Assembly: GCF_004010195.1 (NCBI RefSeq)
Contig: NC_057720.1
Span: forward strand, 28,160,821 to 28,224,820
Direction of reading: 5' to 3'
Source: Chiloscyllium plagiosum
Lineage: Eukaryota
DNA length: 64,000 nt
Within the stretch, counting starts at the first letter, position 1, and each line of letters starts with the position of its first letter. The notes beneath the pieces were generated by a model that was given only the letters and a program-made list of their open reading frames with translations, was not told the DNA's origin and ran no database searches. Shown piece by piece: positions 23,159-34,700 of the stretch. A program made the translations under genes and the position numbers.

Positions 23159-23912
23159 TGTTACCAATATGACCAATTATATATATTATCTATGTTAAGT
23201 TCCGAATAAAAAGATCCATCAACCAGGTTTACTAAGTTACTTTCTTGTTTATTAATTATAACCAGATTTATTCAGCAAAGATGCAAAGCTTTACTAACAC
23301 AATTTGAAATATGAAAGCTTTCTAACTAACCCCAACTTGCACCACGCATGTATGCAAGTTAAAGAAAAAATAAGTTAACTTCCCTGCAGTGATCAGCTTT
23401 GGATAAATACACTTAGCCAAAATAATTGTTGAATCTCAAAGAACAAAAGGATAAGATCGCTTTCAAGCCTGGTATCCTTGTACAAATGGTAATCACCAGA
23501 TATGCCATTGTTACCCTGGGATATTTTCAAATGCAGATTATTGAAGGCATCAAGAGGAAGTTTATTTGAAGCTTTTTGGGAAGACCAGCTGTTTCAGCTT
23601 TTTAGCAATCACTTGAATGGGTTTCTCATAAAGATATTAAAGGCTGATATGATGATTATATCTCTCTCTCAGGCTACACTCTAACTGAACTCCAAAGCAA
23701 TATCAAATAGCCAAACTTCTGACAGCCATAAACTCAGGCATATGACTTCAAGTTAGTCCAAGCATTCAGCTGAAGTCTTGTGACTTCTAGTAGGTATCTT
23801 TTTTTAAAAACAAGTTCCACAATATACCTTTAGTGACCTTTCTAAACCAAAGAAAAGGCCTGGCATTGCTTCTACTTCAAAAGAATCAAGTATCTCCTGC
23901 CACTACAATGAC
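23159..23912. mobile_element. Possible solo LTR
   Basis: Starts TGTTAC and ends …CA, with composition like the LTR at 10457-11088. No convincing TSD. Confidence 0.35.
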
Positions 23913-24554
23913 ACTGATGTCTTTGATATGTGCTCAGAACAGGAGGTTTAAACAACAAAGATGAAACTGGAACTAAACCAGGAATATTCACTGCTGCTTT
24001 GGGGATAGAAAGCATCAATGATTTTCAATAACAGTTTCTTCCCATTCTGTCTCCTCTCTTGACTTAAATTGGGAACTTTCCACTGGTGTAGAAGCAACAA
24101 ACTGCACTCTTCATTGGTGACTGTTATAAACCATCTTCCCCTCACCAGCAGTATTGGAGGAAGGTAACATACTACTACCTTTAACAAATATTTTGACTGT
24201 ATTGAGCTCATTCAGTGTCTTGATATTTTCATTGTGTTTCTTGAATTTTACCACATGCTGCATGCCTTCTCTTCAGCCCAAACTGCTGTCCGTCAGTGTG
24301 GATTGGAAGCAAGTCCAGCATTATCTGAAAGCAGAAGTGGCTGTCCTGTTTCACATGAACAGTTAGTCTGTGCCAACAGTTCTTAGAATTTTGTGTTTTG
24401 CACTGTAATTCAGGAAGAAAGAATTTCCTCCCTACAACACTGTAGTTCGGTACACATGCACAGTTCTCCACCGTCCTGGTGGTGTTGGTCTTAAAATGCA
24501 ACCAAAAATAAACAACGATGGAAGTACCTTCTTAACACTACTGTGGCAGTGGTG

Positions 24555-24742
24555 TTGATTAAGGCATATATATTGGCCAGTATAACTTCTTTGAACATTG
24601 CCAAAGAGAATATATTGCACTTTGGTTTAAAGTCTCAGCTGAAAGATAGCAATTTGCATTGATTGAAGAGCTGAGATTATGTACTCAAGTCTTCAGTTTG
24701 AGGTTTATGGCTGAGAGATAAAGGTACTATCACTGAATGAAC
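24555..24742 (-). mobile_element. DeuSINE (SacSINE1/AmnSINE1-type) relic
   Basis: TTGGTTTAAAGTCTCAGCTGAAAGA and AGATTATGTACTCAAGTCT resemble the reverse complement of the Deu domain and head, from recall. Weaker relics lie near 12005-12240 and 61625-61700. Confidence 0.55.
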
Positions 24743-25139
24743 ATTGGTGTAAAACATTCTTGAGGTTCATTTGTTTTTTTTTAACATTTTGTTTTGGTTT
24801 ATATTTTTATTTTGTTAACTATTAAATTAGAAGTGATTTCTTGAGGTGCCATCAAAATGTGTGACTGGTATTTCATGCAGCACATTTGAAGCTTGTATTT
24901 TATAGCACTTCTGATTTTAGAAAGAATTGGAATCACAGGATAGTTGGGGTACAGAAGAAGGTCATTTGATCTGTCATGATGATGGCCTGTCTTTGAAGGA
25001 GCAACTTAACTTGTTCTTTTTTGCCATTTCCCATAGCCTTGCAAGTTGTTTTTGTTTCAAATGTTTACCCAGTTCTATTTTTCAAAATGGATTCTGTCTC
25101 TCCCACACTTTGGGATATTGACAAATATAAATGACACCA

Positions 25140-25910
25140 AAAGATGCACTGCAGAAATTTATGAAGCATAAACAGCATCTTTTTAGCTGGCTACTGATCA
25201 TCTTTTACATGAACGCTGCCATTAGAAAGACAAAGGCAGCGGAAACATAGAAACACTACTACTTGTTAGTTCCCCTCCAAGACACTCGCCATCCTGACTT
25301 GGAAATATAATGCCATTTCCTTCATTGTTGCTGGGTGAAAATTCCAGAAACCCTTCTTTAAAAGCAATGTGGGGGTAATTACTGCAAATGGACTTCAGCA
25401 GTTCAAGAAGGCAGCAAATTCCTCATCACATGAACAAATTTAAAATAAAACACAGGAGTGGAAGTGAAAAAGTCCAGACAGCTGCTTTAGGTTCCTCTGC
25501 CTATATGGTTCATGGCTGATCATTTACTTCAATGCTATTTTCCCACATTATCCCCATATCCCTTGATTTTGTTCATATTTATCAATTTCTATCTTGAACA
25601 TAATCAGTGGATGAAATTCCATGTCTCTCAAGGACATAGAATTCTAAAGATACACTATCCGCTGAAGAAATCTCTCTTGATCTCATTTCTAACACCTCAT
25701 TCAGAAACTATGTATCTTGCATCTAAACCACCCAACTATGGGGAAATGTTTTTTTCTGCATCAACCCTGATTACCCCTTTGAAAGAATTGTAAGTTACAA
25801 TTAGATTATTTATCTTCCTTGTCCAGTTCAAAGAATGCAGGCCCACACTCAATCTCCCCTCTTAGAGAAAAAATACTTGCCATCTAGGTAGGGTATTAGT
25901 TTGATGAATA
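25140..25910. mobile_element. Zenon-like LINE 3' end (+, 25140-25445) followed by an old CR1 3' end (-)
   Basis: ATCCTGACTTGGAAATAT…GTTCAAGAAGGCAGC, then CR1 tail sequence in reverse. Confidence 0.65.
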
Positions 25911-26021
25911 AGAGATAGTATTGTATTGTGTTGTCTTTTCAAATAAGATATTGAGTTGCTGTTCTCAGCATTTGTCAACAGTCATGTAATTGACTACACC
26001 TCAATTTCTTTACCATATTAA

Positions 26022-26995
26022 GGGAGGTGATGGCCTGGTGGTATTATCGCTAGGCTATGGCGAACATAATGGGTTTGAATAATCACTTGGCAGCTGGTGG
26101 AATTTGAACTCAATGAAATAAATATGAAGTTACGAGTCTAATGATTACTATGAAACCATTGTTGATTGTTGGGGACAAAAACCCTCTGGTTCACTATTGC
26201 TTTTCAAGGGAAGGGAAACTGTCATCCTAAGACCATAAGACATAGGAGCCGAAATTTGACCATTCAACCTATCCAGTCTACTCCGCCATTCAATCATGGC
26301 TGATAAGTTTCTCAACCCCCATTCTCCTGCTTTTTCCCCGTAACCCTTGATCCCTTTGATACTCAAGAATCTATCTCTCTCGGTCTTAAATATACTTCAT
26401 GACCTGGCAATGAACTCCAAATATTCACTATTCTCTGGCTGAAAAAGTATTTCCTTATCTCCATTCTAAAAGGTCTCCCCTTTACCCTCAGTTCCTAGTC
26501 TTTCCTACCAATGGAAACATCTTCCCAACATCTATTCTGTCCCGGCCATTTAGTATTCTATATGTTTCACTTAGAACCCCCCAAATCCTTCTAAATTCCA
26601 TTGAATATAAACCCAGAATCCACTAATGTTCCTGATATGTTAAGCTTTTCATTCCTGGGACCATTCTCGTGAACCTCGTCTGAACATACTCCAGGGCCAG
26701 TACATCTTTCCTAAGATATGGGGCACAAAACTATGCACAATACTCCAAATGTGGTCTGACCAGAACCTTATAGAGGCTCAGGAGTACATCCCTGCTTTTA
26801 TATTCAAGTCTTCTCAAAATAAAGGCTATCAATGCATTTGCCTTCCTAACTACTGACTCAACTATCTGGTCTGGTCTACATGTGACCCCAGACCCACAGT
26901 AATGTGTGGTTAACTGCCTTCTGGTTAACATTAGGGATCGTCAATGAATGCTGACCCAGCCAGTGATACCCACATCTTGTGTATGAGTAAAATAA
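26022..26995 (+). mobile_element. Short non-autonomous head+tail derivative (SINE-like) of the Zenon-like LINE, split by a CR1
   Basis: tRNA-like head TGGCCTGGTGG and the LINE 5' body run directly into the LINE 3' tail (TAGGGAT…AATGCTG…CCAGCCAGTGATACCCACATC). Confidence 0.7.
26229..26862 (-). mobile_element. CR1-like LINE 3' end
   Basis: LSLYKVLVRPHLEYCA, GIKGYGEKAGEW; (ACCATAAG)-type tail. Confidence 0.85.
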
Positions 26996-27215
26996 ACCTA
27001 TTAGAAGATCCTTTATCCAAAATGCTCGGGACCAGCTGTTTTTCAGAATTCAGAATTTTTCGGTTTTCAGAATAAGTGACAGTTTAATGGTGAAATTTTA
27101 AAAAGTCTTACCGGAGAAGCAGACTTCTAAATAAGAACGTGCTTGGCCACACCCCCATGTCAGATTTGAGTGACATGCATTGAGTGGGTGTCGACTTGGG
27201 TTAACTGTCTGCTTG

Positions 27216-27341
27216 GAGAAAGTGAGGTCTGCAGATGCTGGAGATCAGAGCTGAGAATGTGTTGCTGGAACAGCGCAGCAGGTCAGGCAGCATCCAGGGA
27301 ACAGGAGAATTGACGTTTCGGGCATAAGCCCTTCTTCAGGC
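27216..27341 (-). mobile_element. 126-bp PLE terminal-repeat insertion with perfect 15-bp TSD
   Basis: TTAACTGTCTGCTTG at 27201-27215 and 27342-27356; contains the tail and a hammerhead. Confidence 0.9.
27312..27339 (-). ncRNA. Minimal hammerhead ribozyme motif
   Basis: Reverse strand CTGAAGA-A-GGGC-TTAT-GCCC-GAAA-CG-TC, identical to 238-265. Confidence 0.7.
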
Positions 27342-28024
27342 TTAACTGTCTGCTTGCCAAACAACCTTCACAAAAATCCTTCGGATTTCAGAGTTTTTCG
27401 GTTTTTGGATATTTGAATAAAGGATCTCCTACCTGTTTTGTGCTTCTTTCATTTATGAACTGATGACTTGCCAAAGCATGGTGACAACAATCATGGTAAC
27501 AACCAATAGTGCGTTCTTAAATGATATCTGACAGGTCACTGTCGAAGATAAGAATCAAACTGTTCCTAAAAGTAATGATATATAAAGATTACAGCAAGAT
27601 GCCAAATATCCATTTGTTAAGCAAAAGAAGAAGCTCCGAGCGAAACTGAGCATTATCTGTGGAGAAAGAAATTGTGTTCATGTTTTACGTTGTTAACCCT
27701 TTATCAAAATAAGAAGAAATCAGAAATGTTATAGATATAAGCAGTGCAAAGTCAAGAAGGTGGGGGTGAAGACCTAATACACGGGAGGTTCTCTGGTCCT
27801 GCAGGCTGGAGTGATTTACATGACCAGGGATGATATTACAAGGCAAGAGAAGATGATAATTGCTAAATAAAGAAAAATGTCCTGGGACTAAAGAGATGTA
27901 AAAGGATAACAGCAAATGTGATTAACAGTATCTGAGGACATGGGAATAGTCATTACATCATAAAGCTGTAACTCAACTTTGAACTTGGAAAACCTTGAAA
28001 CTAAATGGAAGGAAGAATGTGCTG

Positions 28025-28495
28025 TCTTTGGAGGGTGTCCAGAGGAGATTTAGGAAAATGATCTCAGAGATAAAAGGTTTGTCATAGGAGTGGTTGAGGA
28101 CACTTAGTTTATACTCAATGGAGTTTAGAAGGATATAGGAGGATCTGATTGAAACCTACAGAATGCTGAGAGGCCTGGCAAGATTGGGCATGGAGAAGAT
28201 GTTTCCACTGATAAGAGAGATTTGGACTCAGAGTGAAGGGATGATACTTTAGAACTGAAATGAGGAGAAACATTTTCAGCCAGAGCGTGGTAATTCTGTG
28301 GAATGCATTGTCACAGAAGTCAAGTGGAAGCCAAGCCATTCAGTATATTTAAAACAGGTACAAAGGTTCTTGATTAGTGAGGAGATCAAGGGTTACGGGG
28401 TGGTGGCAGAAGAGTGGGTCTGAGAAACATATCTGCTATGATCAAATGGTGGAGTAGACTTGATGGGCTAAATAAGTTCTGCTACTATATTTTAT
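28025..28495 (+). mobile_element. CR1-like 3' end
   Basis: LEGVQRRF…GGSD*NLQNAER-type text and CR1 3' UTR. Confidence 0.75.
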
Positions 28496-29584
28496 GCATA
28501 ATGAGGTGCTGTTCCTAAAGATTGCATTTAAGCAATATAGAAACCAAAGATAGGTGGTCAGAGTAAGAATGGGAAGCGTATTAACTAGCAAGTAATATGA
28601 TGTTCAACAAAGACCTCATCCAAACCACACTGAATCTTTCCAACACTGTGGAATAATGATCAGCAAATACAGTGAATAAGTTGGGAAAAGTGCAAGTAAA
28701 TCACTGTTTCACTTTGCAGAAGTATTTTGCGGTCTTGGGTGATGTGTTTGTATAAGAAAGTGCTGGGTAAAGGGAAATGGGTATTAGGAGTGATGGAGGA
28801 ATAGAAGTTGTGTTGCAGATTGAAAAATGCATTTATTAACAGTAGGTATCAGGATCCTCTAAAGAAGTAATGTTCTCGTGCTATGTCACAATTATGTAGC
28901 TTTCAGTACGTTTGGAGATAGAAACATACATTCATGGCAACCTTACCACTTCATGTGATCTTGCCATCATAGCAGTCATACGTAACACCATTTCTGATCA
29001 CATTTTTCCATCACTCTCCATCCATATTCTCATGTAACCTACCTTCTCTTTGCATCTGTCCATGAAGAGCCATTCAGTTGTGTCAAATCACCACAAGGTC
29101 TAAACAAAGGAATGAAACCAGACAAACCACCAACATTGCCTTATCTTTGAAAATGGCAATGGCAAACATAACCTTGTCAACACTGCAAAGTACTCCTTAA
29201 CAATCTGGAGGATTGGGCCAATTATCCTACAGACTAGTTAAGCAAGAGCCTGACATTGTCTGTAAGGTATGTTTCTGTTAGTATGATAATATGCCAGACA
29301 TTACCTTTCCTGGGTATTTCCTGCTCCACCAAGAAGACAGACCCACAGGAGATAATGGCACAGGAGCATATATTTGGGAATGAGTTGTCCAGGCGATAGC
29401 AAAATTGACTTTGGACCACTGAACTCTCAAGACATTGGATCAAAATGGTAGGAATCTTCCACTGATTCCCATCTACTACACCCCCTCAACTGATGAATTT
29501 GTTCTTCTCCCTGTTGAACACCATTTGGAGGAAGCACTGAGGATAGCAAGGGTACAGAATGCATTCTGGTTGAGGGATTTTAGT

Positions 29585-29730
29585 GTTGAAGAGTGTGGTG
29601 CTGGAAAAGCAGCATCCGAGGAGCAGGAGAATCAACATTTCAGGCATAACCCTGTCATCAGAGATGAGGCTTATGGACCAAGCGGGCTGAGACATAAATG
29701 GAAGAGGGAGGAGGCTGGGGCTTGTGGGGG
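29585..29730 (-). mobile_element. PLE terminal-repeat fragment with decayed hammerhead (about 29634-29661)
   Basis: Reverse strand CTGATGACAGGGTTATGCCTGAAATGTT; followed by a poly-G run. Confidence 0.7.
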
Positions 29731-30071
29731 GGGGGGGGGGGGGGGGGGGGGAAAGAAGCTCTTGATCACCTGATCAGTTTGTTTATGATAATATGTCCTT
29801 GACTTTCATTTATGTTACTATCACTGCATACCCCACTATCACCATCCTGTGGGTTACTATTAACTGGAAACTCAATTTGACTCATCATATAAATACCATG
29901 ATTCTAAAGCAAGTGAGAGGCTAGGAATATTGCAACAAATCTTTCCTCTGTCTATCATCTGCAAAGCACAAATCTGGAGCGTGATGGAATACTTCCCATT
30001 TTTCTGGATGAGCCCAGCTCTAACAGCACTCAAGAACCTGTACACCATCCAGGACAAAACAGCCTGCTTAA

Positions 30072-30718
30072 AGTCACTGAGAGATATAACACAGAAACAG
30101 ATGCTTCAGTCCAACTTGGTCCATACCGACCAGATATCCTAAATTAATCTTGTCCCATTTGCTAGCATTTGGCCCATATCCCTCTGAACCCTTCCTATTC
30201 ATTTACCCATTCAGATGCCTTTTAAATGTTATAATTGTACCAGCCTCCACCACTTCCTCTGGCAGCTCATTCCATACACACATCACCTGGTGTGTGAAAG
30301 AGTTACACCTGAGATGCCTTTTAAATCTTTCCCCTCTCACCTTAAACCTATGCCCTCTAGTTCGGACTCCCTCACACCAGGGAAAATAACTTGTTTATTT
30401 ACTCTATCCATGCCCCTCATCATTTTATAAACCTCTATAAGGTCACCCTTCAGCCTCTGAGGCTCCAGGAAAAACAGTCCCAGTCTGTTCAGCCTCACCC
30501 TGTAGCTCAAATCCTTCAACCCTGGCAACACCCTTGTAAGTCTTTTCTGAACCCTTTCAAGGTTCACAACATCTCTCCTATAGCAGGGAGACTAGAACTG
30601 AATGCAGTATTCCAAAAGTGGCCAAAACAATGTCCTCTACAGCCACACCATGGCCTTCCAACTCCTATACTCAATGTACTGACCAACAAAAGCAAGCATA
30701 CTAAGCACCTTCTTCAAT
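30072..30718 (-). mobile_element. CR1-like 3' end
   Basis: LERVQKRLTRVLPGL, LKGDLIEVYKMMRG. Confidence 0.85.
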
Positions 30719-30835
30719 GTCCTATTGGCACCACATCCACAAGCATCCACTGCCGATGCTCTGTAGCAGCAGTGTGTAATATGTTGAAGATGCACTGCAT
30801 GAAGTCACCAAAGAACCTTACACAACTCCTACCAA

Positions 30836-31017
30836 GGAGGAGAAAGTGAGGTCTACAGATGCTGGAGATCAGAGCTGAAAATGTGTTGCTGGAAAAGCAC
30901 AGCAGGTCAGGCAGCATCCAGGGAACAGGAGAATCGACGTTAAAAGCCCTGAAGATTCTCCTGTTCCCTGGATGCTGCCTGACCTGCGCTTTTCCAGCAA
31001 CACATTTTCAGCTCACA
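30836..31017. mobile_element. Hairpin-shaped PLE mini-insertion (inverted pLTR ends) with 12-bp TSD
   Basis: Arms at about 30872-30936 and 30954-31014 are near-perfect inverted repeats. AACTCCTACCAA at 30824-30835 and 31018-31029. Confidence 0.85.
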
Positions 31018-31492
31018 AACTCCTACCAAACCCACAATCACTTCCATCTAGAAAGACAAGGGCAGCCGATACATCAGAGCACCACCACCATCCTGATTTG
31101 GAAATATATTGCTGTTCCTTCATTGTTGCTGAATTAAAACACTGGATTTCCTTCCGTAAGGCATTGTGCATCTATTACAGCGCATTTTTACAGTTGTTCA
31201 AAAACCCATTTCATCACCACCTTCACAAGAGTAACTAGGGATGGGCAATAAACACTGGCCAGCCAGCGATGCCCATGTCTGACTAGTGAATAACTAAAAA
31301 AACACACAGCCTGGCTTCTTTTGTGATTTTTCAGATACTGAAGCAGTTCATGAACATATAGAGCAAGCTGATGTAGGTCACTGTGCACCTGAGTGATATG
31401 TGAATGGGGTTTGGAAATTAATAACAGTCAAAATAAAAGTGGAGACATTTGATAACATGGTTTCATTCAGGCTCAGCTGGTGGCAACAGCCT

Positions 31493-31590
31493 ACAAAAAC
31501 AGAAATTGCTAGAAAAACTCAGCAGGTCCGACAGACCTGTGGAGAGAAAGCAGAGTTCATGTTATGGGTCTATGACCCTTCTTCAGAATA
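31493..31590 (-). mobile_element. PLE-like terminal repeat (family of 60783-61014) with decayed hammerhead
   Basis: Reverse strand CTGAAGA-A-GGGTC-ATA-GACCC-ATAA-CATG; the flank matches 60817-60880. Confidence 0.65.
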
Positions 31591-31984
31591 TGTCCATCAA
31601 GTTTGTGGAGGGTAGAATGTAGGACAACAGATTTACAAATGAGATCTATTTCTGCTGTTTAATTCGCTAGGAACTGGTTTGTTGGCAGTTTGTGATTGGC
31701 ATTTGCTCGCATTGAATTCTGTAAGTCCTGAACTTTCCCTCTGTGTTTCACTGTCTTGCTAAGCAGCAGAAAAAAACATCTGGAACCTGAAGCTTTGCTG
31801 CAGGAAAATAGCTAAGAAGAACTAAGAATGCGTGGATAAGAGATCAGGAATTTTGGGTGAAATCTGCTTCTTTTTGGGTTTCAGTGAACTAATATATTGG
31901 TGAGCCCTTTTTAGAGTGGTTGGTGACAGGGTTGGATTTTGGAGGTGGTGATGGTGAGAGAAAGTTATATCAGTACGAAGAAGT

Positions 31985-32733
31985 GAATTGAACTGAATTT
32001 ATTGGCACATGTACAGAGGCACAGTGAAAAGCTTCATCCTGTGAGCAATGCAGATAGATGATAGAATTAAGTAGCATAGATAAGTAACTAGTAGGTAACA
32101 GCAGCAAAAACCAAAACACAGGTACAGGCGAATGTTAAGAGTTTGTGAGTCCATTCAGTATTCTAACAACATTGGGTAGAAACTGTTGCGAAACCGGCTG
32201 GTACATGTGTTCAGGCTTCTGTCCCTTCTCTCCAATGGTAGAGTTTGTAGAAAAACATTGACAGGGTGAGATGGATCTTTGAGAATGCTGGCGGCCTTTT
32301 CTTGACAGCGGACCTGGTAGATGGACTCTGTAGATGGGAGGTTGGCCTTTCTGATTGTCCAGGCTGAGTTCACCATTCTCTGTAACCGTCTCAGATTTGA
32401 ATGGTACAGTTGTCATACCAGGTAGTGAAACATCCAGAAGAATGCTCTCGATGGCGCACCTATAAAAATTAGCAAGGATAATCGCCATCATGCCAAATTC
32501 CCTCAGCTGTGTGAGGAAGAAGAGACATTGGGCCTTTATTACCAGTGCGTTCACATGAAGAAAGCTTGTTGTGGATGGCCACTCCCAGGAGCTTGACACT
32601 CTCCATTCGTTCCACCTCTGTGCTGTTCACGTGTGGGGGGCATGAATAACATCCCGCCGAAAGTCAATAATGAGTTCCTTGGTTTTGTCAGAATTAAGAG
32701 CTAGGTTGTTCTCAGTGCACCATTTTTCCAGGT
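31985..32733 (-). mobile_element. Rex1/Babar-like LINE 3' end
   Basis: AQCLFFLTQLREFG…ANFYRCAIESIL, KAASILKDPSHP, TSRFRNSFYP; (TTCAA)n-like tail. Confidence 0.75.
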
Positions 32734-32749
32734 AAAAACATTTAAAATG

Positions 32750-33085
32750 TTTTTTTTTCATTTGTGGGACTTGGGTGTCGCTGGCTGGCCAGCATTGATA
32801 GCCCATCTGTATTTGCCCTTATGAAGGTGGTGGTAAGCTGCCTTCTTGAATTGCTGCAGTCCACTTACTGTGGGTTGACCCACAATGCTAGTAGGGAAGG
32901 AGATCCAGGATTTTGACCTAGTGACTGAAGGAACTGGTGTATATTTCCAAGTCAGGGTGATGAATGGCTTGAAGGGGAACTTGCAGGTGGTGGTGTTCCC
33001 AAGTAACTGCTGCCTTTGTCATTCTAGATGAAAGTGATTGTGGATTTGGAAGGTGCTGTGTAAGGATATTTGGTGAATTGCAGTT
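32750..33085 (-). mobile_element. Zenon-like LINE 3' end
   Basis: Reverse complement of the tail at 31030-31300. Confidence 0.75.
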
Positions 33086-33879
33086 AACTAATAAGACAAT
33101 TGATTTTTAAAAAATAAAATACATGCTGAACAGTTCTAGGTCTTCGAGGCCATGACTAATCTGAAGACATCTAGGAGCTCCACTTCTTCAGTTACATAAA
33201 TGTGGTCTTTGGATGCTTTGTGCAAAGGAGCATTAGGAATTGTGATGAGTTGTGATATTCTCCTAGCTTCACTGTGTATGAACAAGAGATCATTATCGGA
33301 GGAAGGGGTTGGAGAATTTCAAATACAGTACATATCTACTTTATTCAAGGTAGAGATCTAGCAACAGTGAATCCCATCCCAGTTATGATGGTACACCACC
33401 CAAGAAAATTCTGCACTGGTTTAGAATAATGCAGTTTTTCTGTTATTGTGGGCTGCTGATAACTTTCATTGAAGCCAGATGGGAACCTTTATGAAGAGAC
33501 TCCGAATGATTATTGGCAGTCATTCTGGCCTTAGGCAAGGTGATTAACTACCAGTGAAGATTGAATAATTGGGAAAATTGTTTTAATACAGTGTATGTGA
33601 ATTATTGCTTCATCATGAGCCCCAGTTGTCGTGGAAATAGTAAGGGAAGGAGGAAAATAGAAATAACGGGAGGAGGAGAGATTTAGGAAGAAGCTGGTAA
33701 GGGAAAATTTATTATGTTCATTTCAAGTATTGCAAATACACCACGGGAGGGAGAGCATAAAAAAATGAATTGAGCAGCTTTAGGAGGAAAATAGAATTGC
33801 AGTTTGCAGCTTTTGTGAATTGTGTAAATATTATCACACTAAACTTGTGTGATATCTTTCACTTTTGATAAGATGTTGC

Positions 33880-34700
33880 TTTGTGTCAATAATATTCTGA
33901 ATTCTGCCAATTTCATTATTAGATTGGTGCTGTGTTCAGGTTAATGTAGAGTTATGGTAAATGTCAGAAACTGCGCTCCTGTCTGAGATTAGTCATTAGT
34001 AATGCCATAGAGATCTCCCATTTGAAAAAAAGTCCAGACCTCTTTGTTCATGTGAATTTTGATAATTAAGGCCAGTGAAGGTTTTAATCATGACTTGTTT
34101 CATTTGTTGTGGGAAAGTTCTCGCGTGTCAGTTACTGCACCAGAAAATGTTCACTATTTTTCATACTGACAAATCATAGATTAGGCCAAGGCATGCTTGA
34201 GCTTTCTCAGAGACTGCTTTCATTTTAAATATCTCCAGAATTATGTGTTCTGCACTGATAATGAATTTAACTTGGTGCTTGCACGTTTGCATCATGTTTG
34301 AATAAAATCTTTGCATAATTTCTTTCAAATTCTTGCTGCATCACATTATTCAGCCGTCTAGTTTGGTGTGGGTGGTATATTCTACCTTCATGGCTTCTAA
34401 AAATGTAGTTATGTGTATTCAGAAGAAGCTGAAGTGTTTGTTTCACAAAGTGATGTCCTCCCTATATATATTTCTTCTCGGATAATGTAATCAAAAGCAG
34501 TGAAATTTGGTATATGTTCATATTTCATTGCTGGCCTTTTAATTTTTATTATTGTCACTGTTTCTGCCCAGTGGACTAATGTAATAGCTTTGTAACATCC
34601 AAATGATTTGCTCCGTTTGCTCGGTGATAGAGCAGGACAGCTTTGTGCTAATTATTAAACATGGCTTTGGAACAAACCTATTTCTCCTCTCTTAGTTTTT
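33880..34700. promoter_or_regulatory. Candidate conserved non-coding element / enhancer
   Basis: No recognisable repeat. Clustered TGTCAG (33962, 34126), TGACA (34167), CTTTGTT (34042), TAATTA (34063) and GTGGGAA (34109). Conservation not tested. Confidence 0.3.

Larger units (their letters stand above)
27002..27435. mobile_element. Tigger4/Zombi-like MITE
   Basis: TIRs TAGAAGATCCTTTATCC / GAATAAAGGATCTCCTA, with subterminal TTTCGG(A/T)TT repeats and ATCC…AAATGCTCGGGACCAG. Confidence 0.7.
29075..31300 (+). mobile_element. Zenon-like LINE pieces (29075-29580, 29815-30070, 30719-30835, 31018-31300) with nested PLE and CR1
   Basis: RLVKQEPDIV, YTPSTDEFVLLPVEHHLEEALRIA, CKAQIWSVMEYFP, and tail TAGGGATGGGCAATAAA. 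Confidence 0.7.

Noticed and set aside
29726..29751. Poly-G run giving a poly-Gly ORF
   Set aside because: Homopolymer expansion within a PLE repeat; not coding.
31671..31720. Possible 50-nt exon (ag|GAACTGG…TTCT|gtaagt)
   Set aside because: Weak pyrimidine tract and unrecognised peptide; such sites are expected by chance in 64 kb.
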